A stretch of 64,000 nt of DNA from Thermoanaerobaculia bacterium (lineage in GTDB: Bacteria; Acidobacteriota; Thermoanaerobaculia; UBA5066; DATFVB01): contig JBOGJO010000034.1 of NCBI GenBank assembly GCA_050747885.1, positions 69-64,068 on the forward strand. The letters are read 5' to 3'. How positions within the stretch are numbered: the first letter of the stretch is position 1; each line of letters opens with the position of its first letter. The notes beneath the pieces are model-generated. The model worked only from the letters and a program-made list of their open reading frames with translations. It was not told where the DNA came from and did not search any database. This document shows, piece after piece, positions 29,376-40,251 of this stretch. A program made the position numbers and the translations under genes.

Positions 29376-29731
29376 CTCATTCAAGGTCGGTTGCTGTTCC
29401 GGTGGGAGCTCCGGTGTCGTTGCAGGCCCGCAGTTGCGCGCCGCCGCGTTGTCTGGTAGCCTGTCTCATCTCAAATTTTTGACCGAGCCAGAGTTACAGT
29501 TTTGTACCCATCCGCCGATTTCCATTACGCAAGACACCTGATCCACGCGCGAGGCGGAGCAGTTTTCGCGAAAGGGGGTCGGTCGCTTTAGAAATCTCGG
29601 GGCCTGGGATCGCCCCGCCGACACTCGACTCGAGGCGGTCAATCTTCCCCTTCCGGCGCGAGGCGCCGGGCTGAGTTTGATAAAGATAATTTTTTTGGGG
29701 AGTCACATCCCCGGGAGTCACTCGAAAAACT

Positions 29732-30034
29732 ATGAACCAGTTTACGGACAAGAACCTCAACTGCGTCGATTGCGGCGCGACGTTTCTCTTTTCGGCCGAC
29801 GATCAGGAGTTTTACGCCCGCAAGGGTTTCACCAACGAGCCGAAGCGCTGCAAGGTCTGCCGGGACAAGCGCAAGACCGCCGGCGGGGATTCGCGGGAGC
29901 GCACCCTCTACACGGTGACCTGCGATGCCTGCGGCAAGCAGACTCAGGTCCCGTTCAACCCGACCAACGGAAAGCCGGTCTACTGCCGCGACTGCTACCA
30001 GTCGCGCCGCCAGCCGACCTCCCAGGCGTACTGA
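29732..30034 (+). CDS. Zinc-ribbon domain protein (zf-trcl-like; two CxxC…CxxC units)
   Basis: CVDCGATFLFSADDQEFYARKGFTNEPKRCKVCR and CDACGKQTQVPFNPTNGKPVYCRDCY match the 'probable zinc-ribbon' family pattern. Confidence 0.75.
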   Translation: MNQFTDKNLNCVDCGATFLFSADDQEFYARKGFTNEPKRCKVCRDKRKTAGGDSRERTLYTVTCDACGKQTQVPFNPTNGKPVYCRDCYQSRRQPTSQAY

Positions 30035-30054
30035 GGTCCGTCCCGTTCGAAATC

Positions 30055-30084
30055 GGCGGAGGGGCAACCCTCCGCCTTTTTTTT
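30055..30084 (+). terminator. Rho-independent terminator
   Basis: GGCGGAGGGG-caa-CCCTCCGCC hairpin followed by an 8-T run, 21 nt after the stop codon. Confidence 0.7.
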
Positions 30085-30109
30085 CGTGTTACGATTTCGG
30101 CCCGTTTGT

Positions 30110-31039
30110 ATGGCCACCGCGACGACCCTCCTGCGCGCCTGCTCCTCCGTCCTCGAAGCGGTCGGGGTCACGCCGCTCGTCCGTCTCCGGCGATACGCGG
30201 AGGGGCTCGACGTTCGCGCGAAGCTCGAGTACCTGAACCCCGGGGGCAGCGTGAAAGACCGAATCGCCCGATCCATGATCGAGGATGCGGAACGGCGCGG
30301 GCTCCTGAAGCCGGGCGGAACGATCGTCGAGCCGACTTCCGGAAACACGGGCGTCGGGCTCGCCATGATCGCGGCGGCGAAGGGGTACCAGGCGATTCTG
30401 GTCGTTCCCGAGGGCTACGCCCACGGCAAGGTCAAGGTCATGGAGGGGTTGGGCGCCGTGATCGTGCGAACCGAGGAATCCCAGGGTATGCGCGGCGCGA
30501 TCGCGAAAGCGGCCGAAATCGCGGCCTCGCGCGCGGACGCCTTCATGCCCCAGCAATTCGTGAATCCGAGCAATCCCCGGGCGCACTACGAGACCACGGG
30601 CCCGGAAATTTACGAGCAGTGCGAAGGAAAAGTGGACGCTCTCGTGCTGGGCGTGGGCTCGACGGGGACCTTCGTGGGGTGCTCGAGATACCTGCGGGAA
30701 AAAAACCCCAATCTCCTGCGCGTCGCCGTCGAGCCGCAGGGCTCGATCCTGGCGGGCGGCGAGGCCGGGCGGCACGAGGTGGAGGGAATCGGCCTTTCGT
30801 TTTTTCCCGAGATCTTCGATCGGAGCTCCGTCGATGAATCGCTCATGATTTCCGACGACGAAGCCTTCGCCGCCTGTCGCGAGCTCGGCAAAACGGAGGG
30901 GATCCTCGGCGGAGGCTCTTCGGGAGCGGCCGCGGCCGCCGCCCGAAGGATTGCAGCGCGGCTGGGGGCCGCAAAAACGGTCGTGACGCTGTTTCCCGAC
31001 ATGGCGGAGCGCTACCCGGGGCAGGGGATCCTGGCCTGA
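30110..31039 (+). CDS. PLP-dependent cysteine synthase / cystathionine beta-synthase family (MccA/CysK-like)
   Basis: …LNPGGSVKDRIA… (PLP lysine), …EPTSGNTGVGLA…, …GVGSTGT…. Confidence 0.8.
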   Translation: MATATTLLRACSSVLEAVGVTPLVRLRRYAEGLDVRAKLEYLNPGGSVKDRIARSMIEDAERRGLLKPGGTIVEPTSGNTGVGLAMIAAAKGYQAILVVPEGYAHGKVKVMEGLGAVIVRTEESQGMRGAIAKAAEIAASRADAFMPQQFVNPSNPRAHYETTGPEIYEQCEGKVDALVLGVGSTGTFVGCSRYLREKNPNLLRVAVEPQGSILAGGEAGRHEVEGIGLSFFPEIFDRSSVDESLMISDDEAFAACRELGKTEGILGGGSSGAAAAAARRIAARLGAAKTVVTLFPDMAERYPGQGILA

Positions 31040-31050
31040 GGGCCTCGCGA

Positions 31051-32190
31051 ATGGGATTCTCGACCGACGCAATCCATGCCGGCAACGAGCCGGACCCGAC
31101 GACCGGCGCCGTCTCGGTTCCCATCTACCAGACTTCGACCTACGTTCAGCCGGAGCTGGGAAGACACAAGGGATTCGAATACGCCCGGACTCAAAACCCG
31201 ACGCGGAAAGCGCTGGAAGAAAATCTCGCCGTTCTCGAGAAGGGCGCCGCGGCGCGCTGCTTTGCATCCGGAATGGCCGCGATTTCCGCGGTCGCGACGT
31301 TTGCAAAAGCCGGCGACCACGTTCTCGTTTCCGACAACACCTACGGGGGAACGTTCCGCCTGTACACGAAGGTCCTCGCGTCGCAGGGTATTGAATTCAC
31401 GTTCGTCGACACGCGCGACCTCGCGCTGGTCGAGCGAAGCCTCCGGAAGAACACGCGCTACGTCCACCTGGAGACGCCGACCAACCCGATGATGTCGCTT
31501 TGCGACATCCGCCGGATCAGCGCGCTCGCGAAAGAGGCGGGAGCGCTCGTGCTCGTGGACAACACGTTCGCGAGCCCGTATTTCCAACGGCCCCTCGAGC
31601 TTGGCGCGGATCTGGTCGTCCACTCGACGACGAAGTTCCTGAACGGACACTCCGACTCGGTCGGCGGCGCCGTGATTTCGAAGACCCACGAGCTCGACGA
31701 ATGGCTCGGTTTCATTCAAAACTCGGCAGGCGCGATCCTGTCGCCTTTCGATTCCTGGCTCGTGTTGCGGGGAGTCAAGACGCTCGCCGTGCGGATGGAG
31801 CGGCACGAATCCAATGGCCGCGCGATCGCGGCGTTTTTGGACGGCCACCCGAAGGTGAAGAGCGTCTTCTATCCCGGGCTGCCCCAGCACCCGCAGCACG
31901 AGCTCGCGCGGACGCAGATGTCCGGCTTCGGCGCCCTCATTTCCTTCGAGGTCGGGTCCTACGACAACGCGAAAAAAGTGCTCGACGCGGTGAGAATCTG
32001 CTCGCTCGGCGAGAGCCTCGGCGGAGTGGAAACGCTCATTTGCCATCCGGCGACGATGACGCACGCCTCGATTCCCGAAGGGGATCGCCACAAGCTCGGG
32101 ATCACGCCGGGCCTCGTCCGGATTTCCGTCGGGATCGAGGACGAAGAAGACCTCCGAGCGGACCTGGACCGGGCTCTGGCAGCCCTCTAG
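31051..32190 (+). CDS. Cys/Met-metabolism PLP enzyme (cystathionine gamma-lyase/synthase, MccB/MetB-like)
   Basis: …YARTQNPTR…, …HSTTKFLNGHSD… (PLP-lysine motif). The adjacent CBS-like gene suggests reverse transsulfuration. Confidence 0.85.
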   Translation: MGFSTDAIHAGNEPDPTTGAVSVPIYQTSTYVQPELGRHKGFEYARTQNPTRKALEENLAVLEKGAAARCFASGMAAISAVATFAKAGDHVLVSDNTYGGTFRLYTKVLASQGIEFTFVDTRDLALVERSLRKNTRYVHLETPTNPMMSLCDIRRISALAKEAGALVLVDNTFASPYFQRPLELGADLVVHSTTKFLNGHSDSVGGAVISKTHELDEWLGFIQNSAGAILSPFDSWLVLRGVKTLAVRMERHESNGRAIAAFLDGHPKVKSVFYPGLPQHPQHELARTQMSGFGALISFEVGSYDNAKKVLDAVRICSLGESLGGVETLICHPATMTHASIPEGDRHKLGITPGLVRISVGIEDEEDLRADLDRALAAL

Positions 32191-32585
32191 GAGCGTTTCG
32201 CCGGGGCGGCCCGGCGCCGCGCGGAGGCGGGGGACTTTTTCTTTCCTGTCCGGGCCTTCGGTTTTCGGACCATCTCGGCCACCCATTTTCGGAAATGCGG
32301 ATCTCCGTCCCGGATTCCGAAGGACAGGATTTCCGGAAGCTCGTAGGAGTTGATTTCGCGAATCGTTCGTGCGACGGCGGGGTATTCCCGCGCCACCGTC
32401 TTGATGATCAGAAGGAATTCGCCGTCCTCGCAGACTTTTCCCTTCCACCGATAGATCGAGCGGGCCGAGGGAACGAGGTTGACGCACGTCGCGAAGCGGC
32501 GCCTCACGAGCGCTTCACCGATGTCGAGCGCCTGCTCCTCGGTGCCGACGGAGGTCAGCATGACAATGACGTCGTTGGCGGCCAC
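32187..32585 (-). CDS. cutA: Divalent-cation tolerance protein CutA
   Basis: 132 aa CutA1 signature (…VIVMLTSVGTEEQALDIGEALVRRRFATCVNLVP…SIYRWKGKV…). Confidence 0.85.
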   Translation of the reverse strand: MAANDVIVMLTSVGTEEQALDIGEALVRRRFATCVNLVPSARSIYRWKGKVCEDGEFLLIIKTVAREYPAVARTIREINSYELPEILSFGIRDGDPHFRKWVAEMVRKPKARTGKKKSPASARRRAAPAKRS

Positions 32586-32674
32586 ACTTGCACGTTAGAG
32601 AGCGCTGTGAAAAAAGTCAAGGCGGCCCCGCAAGGCTCTGCTACGCTTGCGCTTTCTCGGAAAGGCGCCGCGCG

Positions 32675-33637
32675 ATGAGAATTCTGTCGGGGATCCAGCC
32701 TTCGGGCAAGCTGCACCTGGGAAACTACCTGGGGGCGATTCGCCAGCACCTGGATCTCCAGGAGAAGGGCGACGCGTTCTATTTCATCGCCGACCTCCAT
32801 GCGCTCACGACCGTGAAGGACCCCGGGACCCTGCGCGAAAACGTTCGGGACGTCGCGCTCGACTACCTCGCGCTCGGCCTCGACCTTCGGCGGGCGGCGT
32901 TTTACCGGCAATCGGACATCCACGAGGTCCCGGAGCTGACCTGGCTCCTCACGACGGTGACGCCGATGGGACTTCTCGAGCGCTGCACGTCCTACAAGGA
33001 CAAGATTGCGCGCGGAATCGCTCCGGATCACGGTCTCTTTTCGTACCCCGTGCTCATGGCGGCCGATATCCTGATCGTCGACGCGGATCTGGTTCCCGTC
33101 GGAAAGGACCAGAAACAGCACGTCGAGGTCGCGCGGGACATCGCCGGCAGCTTCAACCATCTGTACGGCGAAGTACTCAAGCTTCCGCAGGAGCGAATCC
33201 TGCCGGACGCCGGCGTCGTTCCCGGAATCGACGGACAGAAAATGAGCAAGTCCTACGGCAACGACATCGGGATCTTTCTGGAAGGAAAAGCGCTCCGAGA
33301 GCGCGTGATGGCGATCGTGACCGACTCGGCCGCGGTCGAAGCTTCGAAAGATCCGGACACGAACAACGTTTTCAACCTTCTGAAATTCTTCGCGTCGGCC
33401 GAGGAAACGCGGGAGTGGCGCGATCGTTTCCTCGCCGGGGGCCTCAAATACGCCGACGTGAAAAAACGATTGATCGCTCTCCTCGACGAGCGGTTCGGGG
33501 CCGCGCGGGAGCGGCGCAAGGAACTCGCGAAACGTCCCGACGAGGTCGAGGACGTCCTGAGGGAGGGCGCTCACAAGGCCCGCGCGATTGCCGCGGCCAC
33601 GCTCGCCCGGTGCCGCAAAGCCTGCGGGATCGAGTAG
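32675..33637 (+). CDS. trpS: Tryptophan--tRNA ligase
   Basis: MRILSGIQPSGKLHLGNYLGAI (HIGH), KMSKS as KMSKSYGN. Confidence 0.9.
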   Translation: MRILSGIQPSGKLHLGNYLGAIRQHLDLQEKGDAFYFIADLHALTTVKDPGTLRENVRDVALDYLALGLDLRRAAFYRQSDIHEVPELTWLLTTVTPMGLLERCTSYKDKIARGIAPDHGLFSYPVLMAADILIVDADLVPVGKDQKQHVEVARDIAGSFNHLYGEVLKLPQERILPDAGVVPGIDGQKMSKSYGNDIGIFLEGKALRERVMAIVTDSAAVEASKDPDTNNVFNLLKFFASAEETREWRDRFLAGGLKYADVKKRLIALLDERFGAARERRKELAKRPDEVEDVLREGAHKARAIAAATLARCRKACGIE

Positions 33638-33787
33638 AACGAGCGACCCGCCCTTCCGCCCGAGCAACGACCCGATCTTCAATTTCCGATTCGAGAATGC
33701 GCCTGCTGGCACGGCCTTTGCGTTGTCATCAGACCGGCGACCCCAATTCACCGAACACGGTTCGGATTCAACGGGAAAGGAGCTTCG

Positions 33788-34153
33788 ATGTCGAAAGTCC
33801 GACCGATTTTGATCGTTGACGATGACCATGACACCCGAGAAGTTCTCGAGGAAATTCTCCGGATGGAGGGGTTTCACATTCTCACGGCGACGAACGGGTT
33901 CGAGGCGATCCAGAGGGCGCTCACGGGCCCGAAGCCGTGCGTGATCGTCCTGGACGAGCGGATGCCTCTCATGAGCGGCCTCGAATTTCTCGGCCATCGG
34001 GAGAAAGATCCGCGGCTGAGGGAGATTCCGGTGGTTTTCACGACGGGAGATTCGCAGGCGCTCCGAGAGTTCTCCGGGCGGGGCGCCGTGGCGTTTCGAA
34101 AGCCCTTCGACATCGACGCCCTGCTCGGTGTCGTCCGGGACCACTGCGCTTAG
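33788..34153 (+). CDS. Single-domain response regulator (CheY-like receiver)
   Basis: …ILIVDDDHDTRE…, …IVLDERMPLMSG…. 121 aa. AAAGGAG Shine-Dalgarno sequence. Confidence 0.8.
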   Translation: MSKVRPILIVDDDHDTREVLEEILRMEGFHILTATNGFEAIQRALTGPKPCVIVLDERMPLMSGLEFLGHREKDPRLREIPVVFTTGDSQALREFSGRGAVAFRKPFDIDALLGVVRDHCA

Positions 34154-34192
34154 ATCCCCTCGCGCACCTCTCGACCCGTCCTCTCGATCTCT

Positions 34193-35275
34193 CTACCTGT
34201 CCTCGGGAAGTCGGAGTTGCGGCTCGGGGCGCGGCGGTTCCTCCGCGTTGTGGAGGCCCACGCCGAGGAGCCGGATCGGCCGCGTCCCCGCGTCGGTCTT
34301 CTCGAGGAGATCCAGGGCGATTGCGGCAAGGGCGTCGGCGGAGCCGGCGGCGCGATCCTCCGTTTTGCTTCGAGTGATGGTTTTGAAGTCCGAATATCGA
34401 ACCTTGATCGTCGCGCACCGGCCGGGAAACGCGCTCCGGACGGCCCGCTCGAAAGTTTGCCGCGCGAGATCCTGAATTTGAGACCGGATCTCCGAGAGAT
34501 CCCGGAGGTCTGAGGCATACGTCGTTTCGCAGCTGACGGACTTGGTTTCGCGGTGCGGGAGGACCTCGCGGTCGTCCTCTCCGCGGGAAAACCGCTTCAA
34601 CGTCTCCGCCTGGGATCCCACCGCGCCCCGGAGAGCGCCGTCGTCGGCCGACCGAACGTCGATCAACCGCGAGATCCCGATCGCCCGGAGCTTGCGCGCC
34701 GTGACGGGACCCACGCCCCAGAGGGCCTCCACGGCGAGCTTCTGGAGAAAGCCCTCGACGCGCGACGGGGCGATCACCGTCAGGCCGTCGGGTTTCTTCC
34801 AGCCGGACGCGATCTTCGCGAGGAACTTGTTGGGCGCCACCCCGGCCGAGGCCGTCAATCCCGTGGCCTCCCGGATTTCGCGTTTGAGCCGCCTTGCGAC
34901 ATCGACGCCGAGGAGAATGCCCCAGTTGTTCCCGGAAACGTCGAGGTACGCTTCGTCGAGGGAGAGCGGCTCGACGAGAGGCGTGGCGGATCGAAAGATC
35001 GCGAACACCTGGCGGGACACTTCGCGATACCGGGAGAAATGCGGCGGCACGACGACGAGATCGGGACATAAACGCACGGCCCGGGACATCGGCATCGCCG
35101 AAAAAACGCCGAACCGCCTCGCCTCGTAACTTGCCGCGGCGACGACTCCGCGGCTCTCGGGCCGGCCTCCGACCGCGAGGGGAAGGCCCGCCAGCGCCGG
35201 ATCGTCCCGCTGCTCGACCGAGGCGTAAAAAGCGTCCATGTCGACGTGGAGGATTCGCCGGACGGGGTCGGGCAT
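34193..35275 (-). CDS. dinB: DNA polymerase IV
   Basis: …[17 protein letters not shown]…, …[10 protein letters not shown]…. Y-family polymerase. 360 aa. Confidence 0.9.
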   Translation of the reverse strand: MPDPVRRILHVDMDAFYASVEQRDDPALAGLPLAVGGRPESRGVVAAASYEARRFGVFSAMPMSRAVRLCPDLVVVPPHFSRYREVSRQVFAIFRSATPLVEPLSLDEAYLDVSGNNWGILLGVDVARRLKREIREATGLTASAGVAPNKFLAKIASGWKKPDGLTVIAPSRVEGFLQKLAVEALWGVGPVTARKLRAIGISRLIDVRSADDGALRGAVGSQAETLKRFSRGEDDREVLPHRETKSVSCETTYASDLRDLSEIRSQIQDLARQTFERAVRSAFPGRCATIKVRYSDFKTITRSKTEDRAAGSADALAAIALDLLEKTDAGTRPIRLLGVGLHNAEEPPRPEPQLRLPEDR

Positions 35276-35356
35276 CTGGTCCGGGCCAGCTTACCAAAAC
35301 TTTTCCTCCGCGATTGTCGTATCCTTTCCCCGGTCCAAAATTCAGAAGGAGACATC

Positions 35357-38300
35357 GTGAGAAAGACCCTGTTGCCGTTGGTGTTTTTCGCCGGTTGCGC
35401 CGTCTTGCTGGCCGCGAAGCCGAAAACGAACGCGAAACCGCCGTCCGAATCGTCCTCGAAGATGTCCTCGGAGACCTGGAAGGGCCTCGAGCTGCGCTCG
35501 ATCGGGCCCGGGGTCGCGTCGGGGAGAATTTCCGACATTGCGGTCGATCCCGGGAACACGAGCCGGTACTTCGTGGCCGTTTCATCCGGGGGAGTCTGGA
35601 GAACGGGCAACGACGGGACGAGCTGGACGCCGGTGTTCGACCACGAGGGCTCGTATTCGATCGGCTGCGTCGCCATCGACCCGAAGAACCCGTCGGTCGT
35701 CTGGGTCGGCACGGGAGAGAACAACAGCCAGCGGGCCGTCTACTACGGCGACGGGATCTACCGGTCCGAGGACGGCGGCGGGTCCTGGAAAAACATGGGC
35801 CTGAAAAGCTCGGAGCACATCTCGAAGATCCTCATCGATCCGCGGGATTCGAAAGTCGTGTACGCCGCCTCCCAGGGCCCGCTCTGGTCGGCGGGCGGCG
35901 ACCGGGGCCTCTACAAGACGACGGACTCCGGGAAGACCTGGAAGGCCGTGTTGACGATCTCTGAAAACACCGGCGTGACCGACGTCGTCATGGACCCGAG
36001 GGACCCGGACGTCCTCTACGCGTCGGCGTACCAGCGCCGGCGGCACGTCTGGACGATGATCGACGGCGGGCCGGAGTCGGCGATCTACAAGTCGATCGAT
36101 GCCGGCGCGACATGGACGAAGCTTTCGAGCGGCCTGCCCAAGGAAGACATGGGAAGGATCGGCCTGGCGATTTCGCCGGCCAATCCGGATCTCGTCTACG
36201 CGACCGTCGAGGCGTCCGGCAAGGCGGGCGGGACCTTTCGCTCGGACGACCGGGGAGCCACCTGGGAAAAGAGGGACGGCTATTACGCGATCCCGGCCAT
36301 GGCGTACGCCCGGATCTTCGTCGATCCGAAAAACGCCGAGCGAGTTTACGCGATGGACACGTGGATTCACGTGTCCGAAGACGGTGGAAAGACCTTCCAC
36401 AAGCTTCCCGAGACGAACAAGCATCCCGACAGCCACGTGATGTGGATCGACCCGGACAACACGAACCATCTCCTCGTCGGATGCGACGGGGGCGTGTACG
36501 AAACGCTCGACCGCGCCGCGACGTGGCAGTTCAAGGCGAACCTGCCGGTCACGCAGTTCTACCGCGTGGCGCTCGACAACGCGGCTCCGTTCTACAACGT
36601 CTACGGCGGCACGCAGGACAACTTCAGCCTCGGCGGCCCCTCGCAGACGTTCGGGCTTCAGGGAATCACGAACTCCGACTGGTTCGTGACGTCCACGGGC
36701 GACGGATTCTTCAGCCAGGTCGATCCTGAGGATCCCAACATCATCTATTCGGAGGCCCAGTACGGCTCGATCAACCGCATGGACCGCCGCACGGGCGAGC
36801 AGCTCTTCATCCAACCCGAGCCGGGCAAGGGAGAGTCGCCGCTTCGCTGGAACTGGGATTCGCCGATCTTGATCAGCCCGCACAAGCACACGCGGATTTA
36901 TTTCGCGGCGAACCGCATCTTCCGGAGCGAGGACCGGGGGGACACGTGGGTCCCGATCAGTCCGGACCTCACGCGGCAGATCGATCGCGACAAGCTCAAG
37001 GTCATGGGGAAGATCTGGCCTCCCGACGCGGTCTACAAAGACGGCTCGACGTCCTTCTTCGGCAACATCGTGGCCCTGTCCGAGTCGCCTCTTCAGGAAG
37101 GGCTCCTCTACGCCGGCACCGACGACGGGTTGATTCAGGTCACCGAGGACGGCGGCAAGAATTGGCGCCGGCTCGAAAAGTTTCCGGGCGTTCCCGACAT
37201 GACGTACGTGAGCCGCCTCACGGCGTCCTCCCACGACCGGGGGACCGTCTATGCCGCGTTCGACAACCACAAGATGGGGGACTTTGCGCCGTACCTGCTG
37301 CGAAGCGACGACCGGGGCGCGACGTGGAGATCGATCGCCGGCAACCTCCCCGCGCGGGGCACCGTGTACGCCCTTGCCGAGGACCCGGTCGACCGAGAGC
37401 TCCTCTTCGCGGGGACGGAGTTCGGCCTGTTCTTCACGAAGGACGGAGGCGCGCATTGGGTGCAGCTCAAGGGAGGGCTGCCGACGATCCAGGTGCGGGA
37501 TCTCGCGATTCAAAAGAGGGAAAACGACATGGTCCTGGCGACGTTTGGCCGGGGCTTCTACATCCTCGACGACTACTCGCCGCTTCGCTCGGCGAAGGAC
37601 TCCGATCTCGCGAAAGACGCGGTCATCTTCCCGGTGAAGGCGGCGCGCGTGGCGATGCCGCTGGCGCCGCTCGGGCTGCCGGGAAAAGCCTTCCAGGGCG
37701 ATGCGTTCTACTCGGCGCCGAATCCGCCGTTCGGGGCCGTCTTCACGTACTACCTGAAAGAAGACCTCAAAACGAAGGCGAAGGCGCGCCGCGAAAAAGA
37801 GAAAGAAGCGGAAAAGAAGGGGGAGCCGGAGCCCTATCCCCCGCTGTCCGAATTGCGCGCCGAGGCCCGGGAGGAAGAGCCTTCCGTCATTGTCACGGTC
37901 TCGGACTCGGAAGGAAACGCGGTCCGACGGCTGAAAGCATCGGACGAAGCGGGTGTGCATCGGATCGCGTGGGACCTGCGCTACCCCGCATCGACCCCGA
38001 CCTCTCTCAAGCCGCCCTCGACCGATCCCTTCTCTCCCCCTCCTTTGGGCCCCATGGTCACGCCGGGCCGCTACACCGTCTCGCTGGCCAAGCGTGTGGA
38101 GGGGAAATGGACGCCGATCGGGGAGCCCCGGTCTTTCGACGCCGCGGGCGAGGGTTCGATCCCGGCCTCCGAGCGCGCCGCTCTCTTGAAGTTCGAGCAA
38201 AAGACCGCCCGCCTTCAGCGCGCCGTGCGGGGCGCCGGCGAAGTGGTCGACCAGACGAAAGAACGCCTGACTCTCGTCAAACAGGCGCTTCTCGACACCC

Positions 38301-38647
38301 CCGGAGCATCCCCGGAGCTCGGGGACGAGGCGAGCGCCATTGAAGCGCGTCTTCAGGCCATCGATCTCGAGCTTCGCGGCGACAAGGTCGGCAGGGCCCG
38401 AAATTACCCGACGGCGCCGTCGATCAACGACCGCGTCGAGACGATCGTGGGGACCCAGTGGAACGCGACGTCCGCGCCCACGAAAACGAGCCTGGACGAC
38501 TACTCCATCGCGGCGGATGAATTCGCGGGCGTTCTAGGGAGGCTCTGGACTCTCGTCGAATCCGACTTCAAGAAGCTGGATGACCGGATGGAGTCGGCGG
38601 GCTCGCCCTGGACGCCGGGGCGCTTCCCGGAATGGAAGCCGGAATAG
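35357..38647 (+). CDS. Large secreted BNR/Asp-box (sortilin/VPS10-like beta-propeller) repeat protein
   Basis: GTG at 35357 after AGGAGA. Signal peptide. At least 11 SxDxGxTW-type Asp-box repeats ([39 protein letters not shown], and others). Confidence 0.8.
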   Translation: MRKTLLPLVFFAGCAVLLAAKPKTNAKPPSESSSKMSSETWKGLELRSIGPGVASGRISDIAVDPGNTSRYFVAVSSGGVWRTGNDGTSWTPVFDHEGSYSIGCVAIDPKNPSVVWVGTGENNSQRAVYYGDGIYRSEDGGGSWKNMGLKSSEHISKILIDPRDSKVVYAASQGPLWSAGGDRGLYKTTDSGKTWKAVLTISENTGVTDVVMDPRDPDVLYASAYQRRRHVWTMIDGGPESAIYKSIDAGATWTKLSSGLPKEDMGRIGLAISPANPDLVYATVEASGKAGGTFRSDDRGATWEKRDGYYAIPAMAYARIFVDPKNAERVYAMDTWIHVSEDGGKTFHKLPETNKHPDSHVMWIDPDNTNHLLVGCDGGVYETLDRAATWQFKANLPVTQFYRVALDNAAPFYNVYGGTQDNFSLGGPSQTFGLQGITNSDWFVTSTGDGFFSQVDPEDPNIIYSEAQYGSINRMDRRTGEQLFIQPEPGKGESPLRWNWDSPILISPHKHTRIYFAANRIFRSEDRGDTWVPISPDLTRQIDRDKLKVMGKIWPPDAVYKDGSTSFFGNIVALSESPLQEGLLYAGTDDGLIQVTEDGGKNWRRLEKFPGVPDMTYVSRLTASSHDRGTVYAAFDNHKMGDFAPYLLRSDDRGATWRSIAGNLPARGTVYALAEDPVDRELLFAGTEFGLFFTKDGGAHWVQLKGGLPTIQVRDLAIQKRENDMVLATFGRGFYILDDYSPLRSAKDSDLAKDAVIFPVKAARVAMPLAPLGLPGKAFQGDAFYSAPNPPFGAVFTYYLKEDLKTKAKARREKEKEAEKKGEPEPYPPLSELRAEAREEEPSVIVTVSDSEGNAVRRLKASDEAGVHRIAWDLRYPASTPTSLKPPSTDPFSPPPLGPMVTPGRYTVSLAKRVEGKWTPIGEPRSFDAAGEGSIPASERAALLKFEQKTARLQRAVRGAGEVVDQTKERLTLVKQALLDTPGASPELGDEASAIEARLQAIDLELRGDKVGRARNYPTAPSINDRVETIVGTQWNATSAPTKTSLDDYSIAADEFAGVLGRLWTLVESDFKKLDDRMESAGSPWTPGRFPEWKPE

Positions 38648-38886
38648 GGGCTCGCTCGGGCCCGAGGACCCGCCGAAAGACTGTGGGCCTCACCGCCCTG
38701 CTTGCGCTCCGGACGTACCCCGCTTGCGCGCACCGCAAGTGCGGATAGGGTTACGACTTGCGGACCGCGCGCAAGCAGGGCCCCACCGTCCCTCGCCGCC
38801 GTCGTTCGGCCCGCACCGGAGGGGGCCGTAACCTGGAGACGCTCGGGCATTGGCTTTGCATTGCCTCTCGAACGGGGAGGAGCGCT

Positions 38887-39081
38887 ATGGCAATGGTGAA
38901 TCTCGAACCCTCTTTCGAGGACTATACGGGCATGAACGAAGGGGAGATCGTCGAGGGCGGAGTGATCGCCCTGTGCCCCCGCTGCGGACGCCTTGGCCGC
39001 TTCAGCGATCACAGCGGCAAGAAGGTCTACGAGCACCGGCGGACGAGCCCGGAGGAAACGCGCGAGACCTGCGTCCTGTAG
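38887..39081 (+). CDS. Small hypothetical protein (64 aa) with CxxC
   Basis: ATG preceded by a GGGGAGGAG Shine-Dalgarno sequence. Translation MAMVNLEPSFEDYTGMNEGEIVEGGVIALCPRCGRLGRF…. No family recognised. Confidence 0.35.
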   Translation: MAMVNLEPSFEDYTGMNEGEIVEGGVIALCPRCGRLGRFSDHSGKKVYEHRRTSPEETRETCVL

Positions 39082-39120
39082 AAGGACGCGATTCGATAGC
39101 ATGGGAGTGGAGGTGACGAC

Positions 39121-39633
39121 ATGCCTGCGAAAAAGGCGAAAAAGAAGACGAAAAAATCCGCGCCGAAAAGGGCCGCGCGCCGTCCGGTAAAACGCGCGGC
39201 AAAGAAAATACAGGCGAAACGCGCGCCGAAGAAGAAGTCCGGAGCGCTCGGTCTGACCGACGCGTCGCCGTCGTTCACCGTCGACGACCTCGAGAAGAGC
39301 ATGGCCTGGTACCGCGACGTCCTGGGGTTCTCGATCGACGAACGCTGGGAGCGGGACGGAAAGCTCATGGGCGTGTCGCTCCAGGCGGGCGGCGTGACGT
39401 GGATGATCGGCCAGGACGACTGGCAGAAGGGCCGCGACCGCCGGAAGGGCGTTGGATTCCGGATCTACTGCGGCATGAAGGGCGACGTCGACGCGTTCGC
39501 GGCGGCAATCAAGGCGCAGGGCGGCCTGCTCGACACCGAGCCGACTGACCAGCCCTGGGGAAGCCGCGACTTCTCGATCTCGGATCCGGACGGCTTCAAG
39601 ATCACGATCGGAAAAGAAACGCGCAAGCGCTGA
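39121..39633 (+). CDS. VOC (glyoxalase/bleomycin-resistance fold) protein with an N-terminal Lys/Ala-rich histone H1-like tail
   Basis: N-terminal about 45 aa PAKKAKKKTKKSAPKRAARRPVKRAAKKIQAKRAPKKK. Then a VOC domain (…FTVDDLEKSMAWYRDVLGF…, …DPDGFKITI…). Confidence 0.7.
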   Translation: MPAKKAKKKTKKSAPKRAARRPVKRAAKKIQAKRAPKKKSGALGLTDASPSFTVDDLEKSMAWYRDVLGFSIDERWERDGKLMGVSLQAGGVTWMIGQDDWQKGRDRRKGVGFRIYCGMKGDVDAFAAAIKAQGGLLDTEPTDQPWGSRDFSISDPDGFKITIGKETRKR

Positions 39634-39823
39634 CGGTCAATCGCCGTGTGAGTCGCTTCCCCCTCACTCTTCCCTCCCGCGCTAACCGGTCGTCATAAGG
39701 CTGCCCCCAAGGGGAGAGGGTTAAGCGGGTTCGCATTTCCGCCGCTCCCCCTGCGGGAGAGGCCGGCGCGTAGCGGCGGGTGAGGGGTGGTCGCCGGTTC
39801 CGTCATGTAAACTGCGCCACCGG

Positions 39824-39900
39824 GCGCCCGTAGCTCAACTGGATAGAGCATCAGACTTCGGATCTGAGGGTTGGGGGTTCGAATCCCTCCGGGCGCACCA
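39824..39900 (+). tRNA. tRNA-Arg (anticodon TCG)
   Basis: Manual fold: acceptor GCGCCCG/CGGGCGC, D-arm GCTC…GAGC, anticodon stem TCAGA/TCTGA with loop cTTCGga, T-arm GGGGG-TTCGAAT-CCCTC, 3' ACCA. Confidence 0.85.
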
Positions 39901-40155
39901 AATTTCGCTCCACTTCGTTCCGCTTAGGCTTCGCGCGTCCTTCGCTGCGCTCGGACAAATTTGGACGTCTGACCTGGGGGAAGCTTCCCCCATCTGAATC
40001 GAGTTGTCCTTCAGGTCGTCGAGGGAATCCGCGGGGGGCTGGAACGGATGCCGCTCGACTCTGAAGCCTGGCACGCTGCCGAGGGTCGGGCAGGCTTCCT
40101 TGTAAATCGGGTTCCGGTTTCCGCTGCCCGAGGAAGCGGCCGTCGGCGACGTGAC

Positions 40156-40243
40156 GACGATGAAAATTCCCGAGACCCTACGGGAGCAATATTACGGCGA
40201 TGGAAACTCGCTCTTCTTTCGCTGGATTGCGGCGAGGTGACTG
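40156..40243 (+). repeat. 88-bp direct repeat copy A (encodes a 26-aa peptide MKIPETLREQYYGDGNSLFFRWIAAR)
   Basis: 86/88 identical to 48439-48526. Both differences are synonymous third-position changes in the peptide frame. Confidence 0.8.
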
Positions 40244-40251
40244 GTGAGGAA

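Noticed and set aside
29380-29731. 350-bp lower-GC intergenic region between thiG and the zinc-ribbon gene, considered as a riboswitch or small RNA
   Set aside because: No recognisable TPP, ZTP, SRP, 6S or RNase P signatures by eye. Only a 9-bp direct repeat (GGGAGTCAC x2) lies near the start codon. It cannot be supported without covariance-model searches.
39640-39790. GA/CT-rich imperfect inverted repeat between the VOC gene and the tRNA
   Set aside because: The arms (CCCCCTCAC / GTGAGGGG and others) are short and embedded in low-complexity polypurine/polypyrimidine tracts. It is probably a compositional artefact rather than a defined element.
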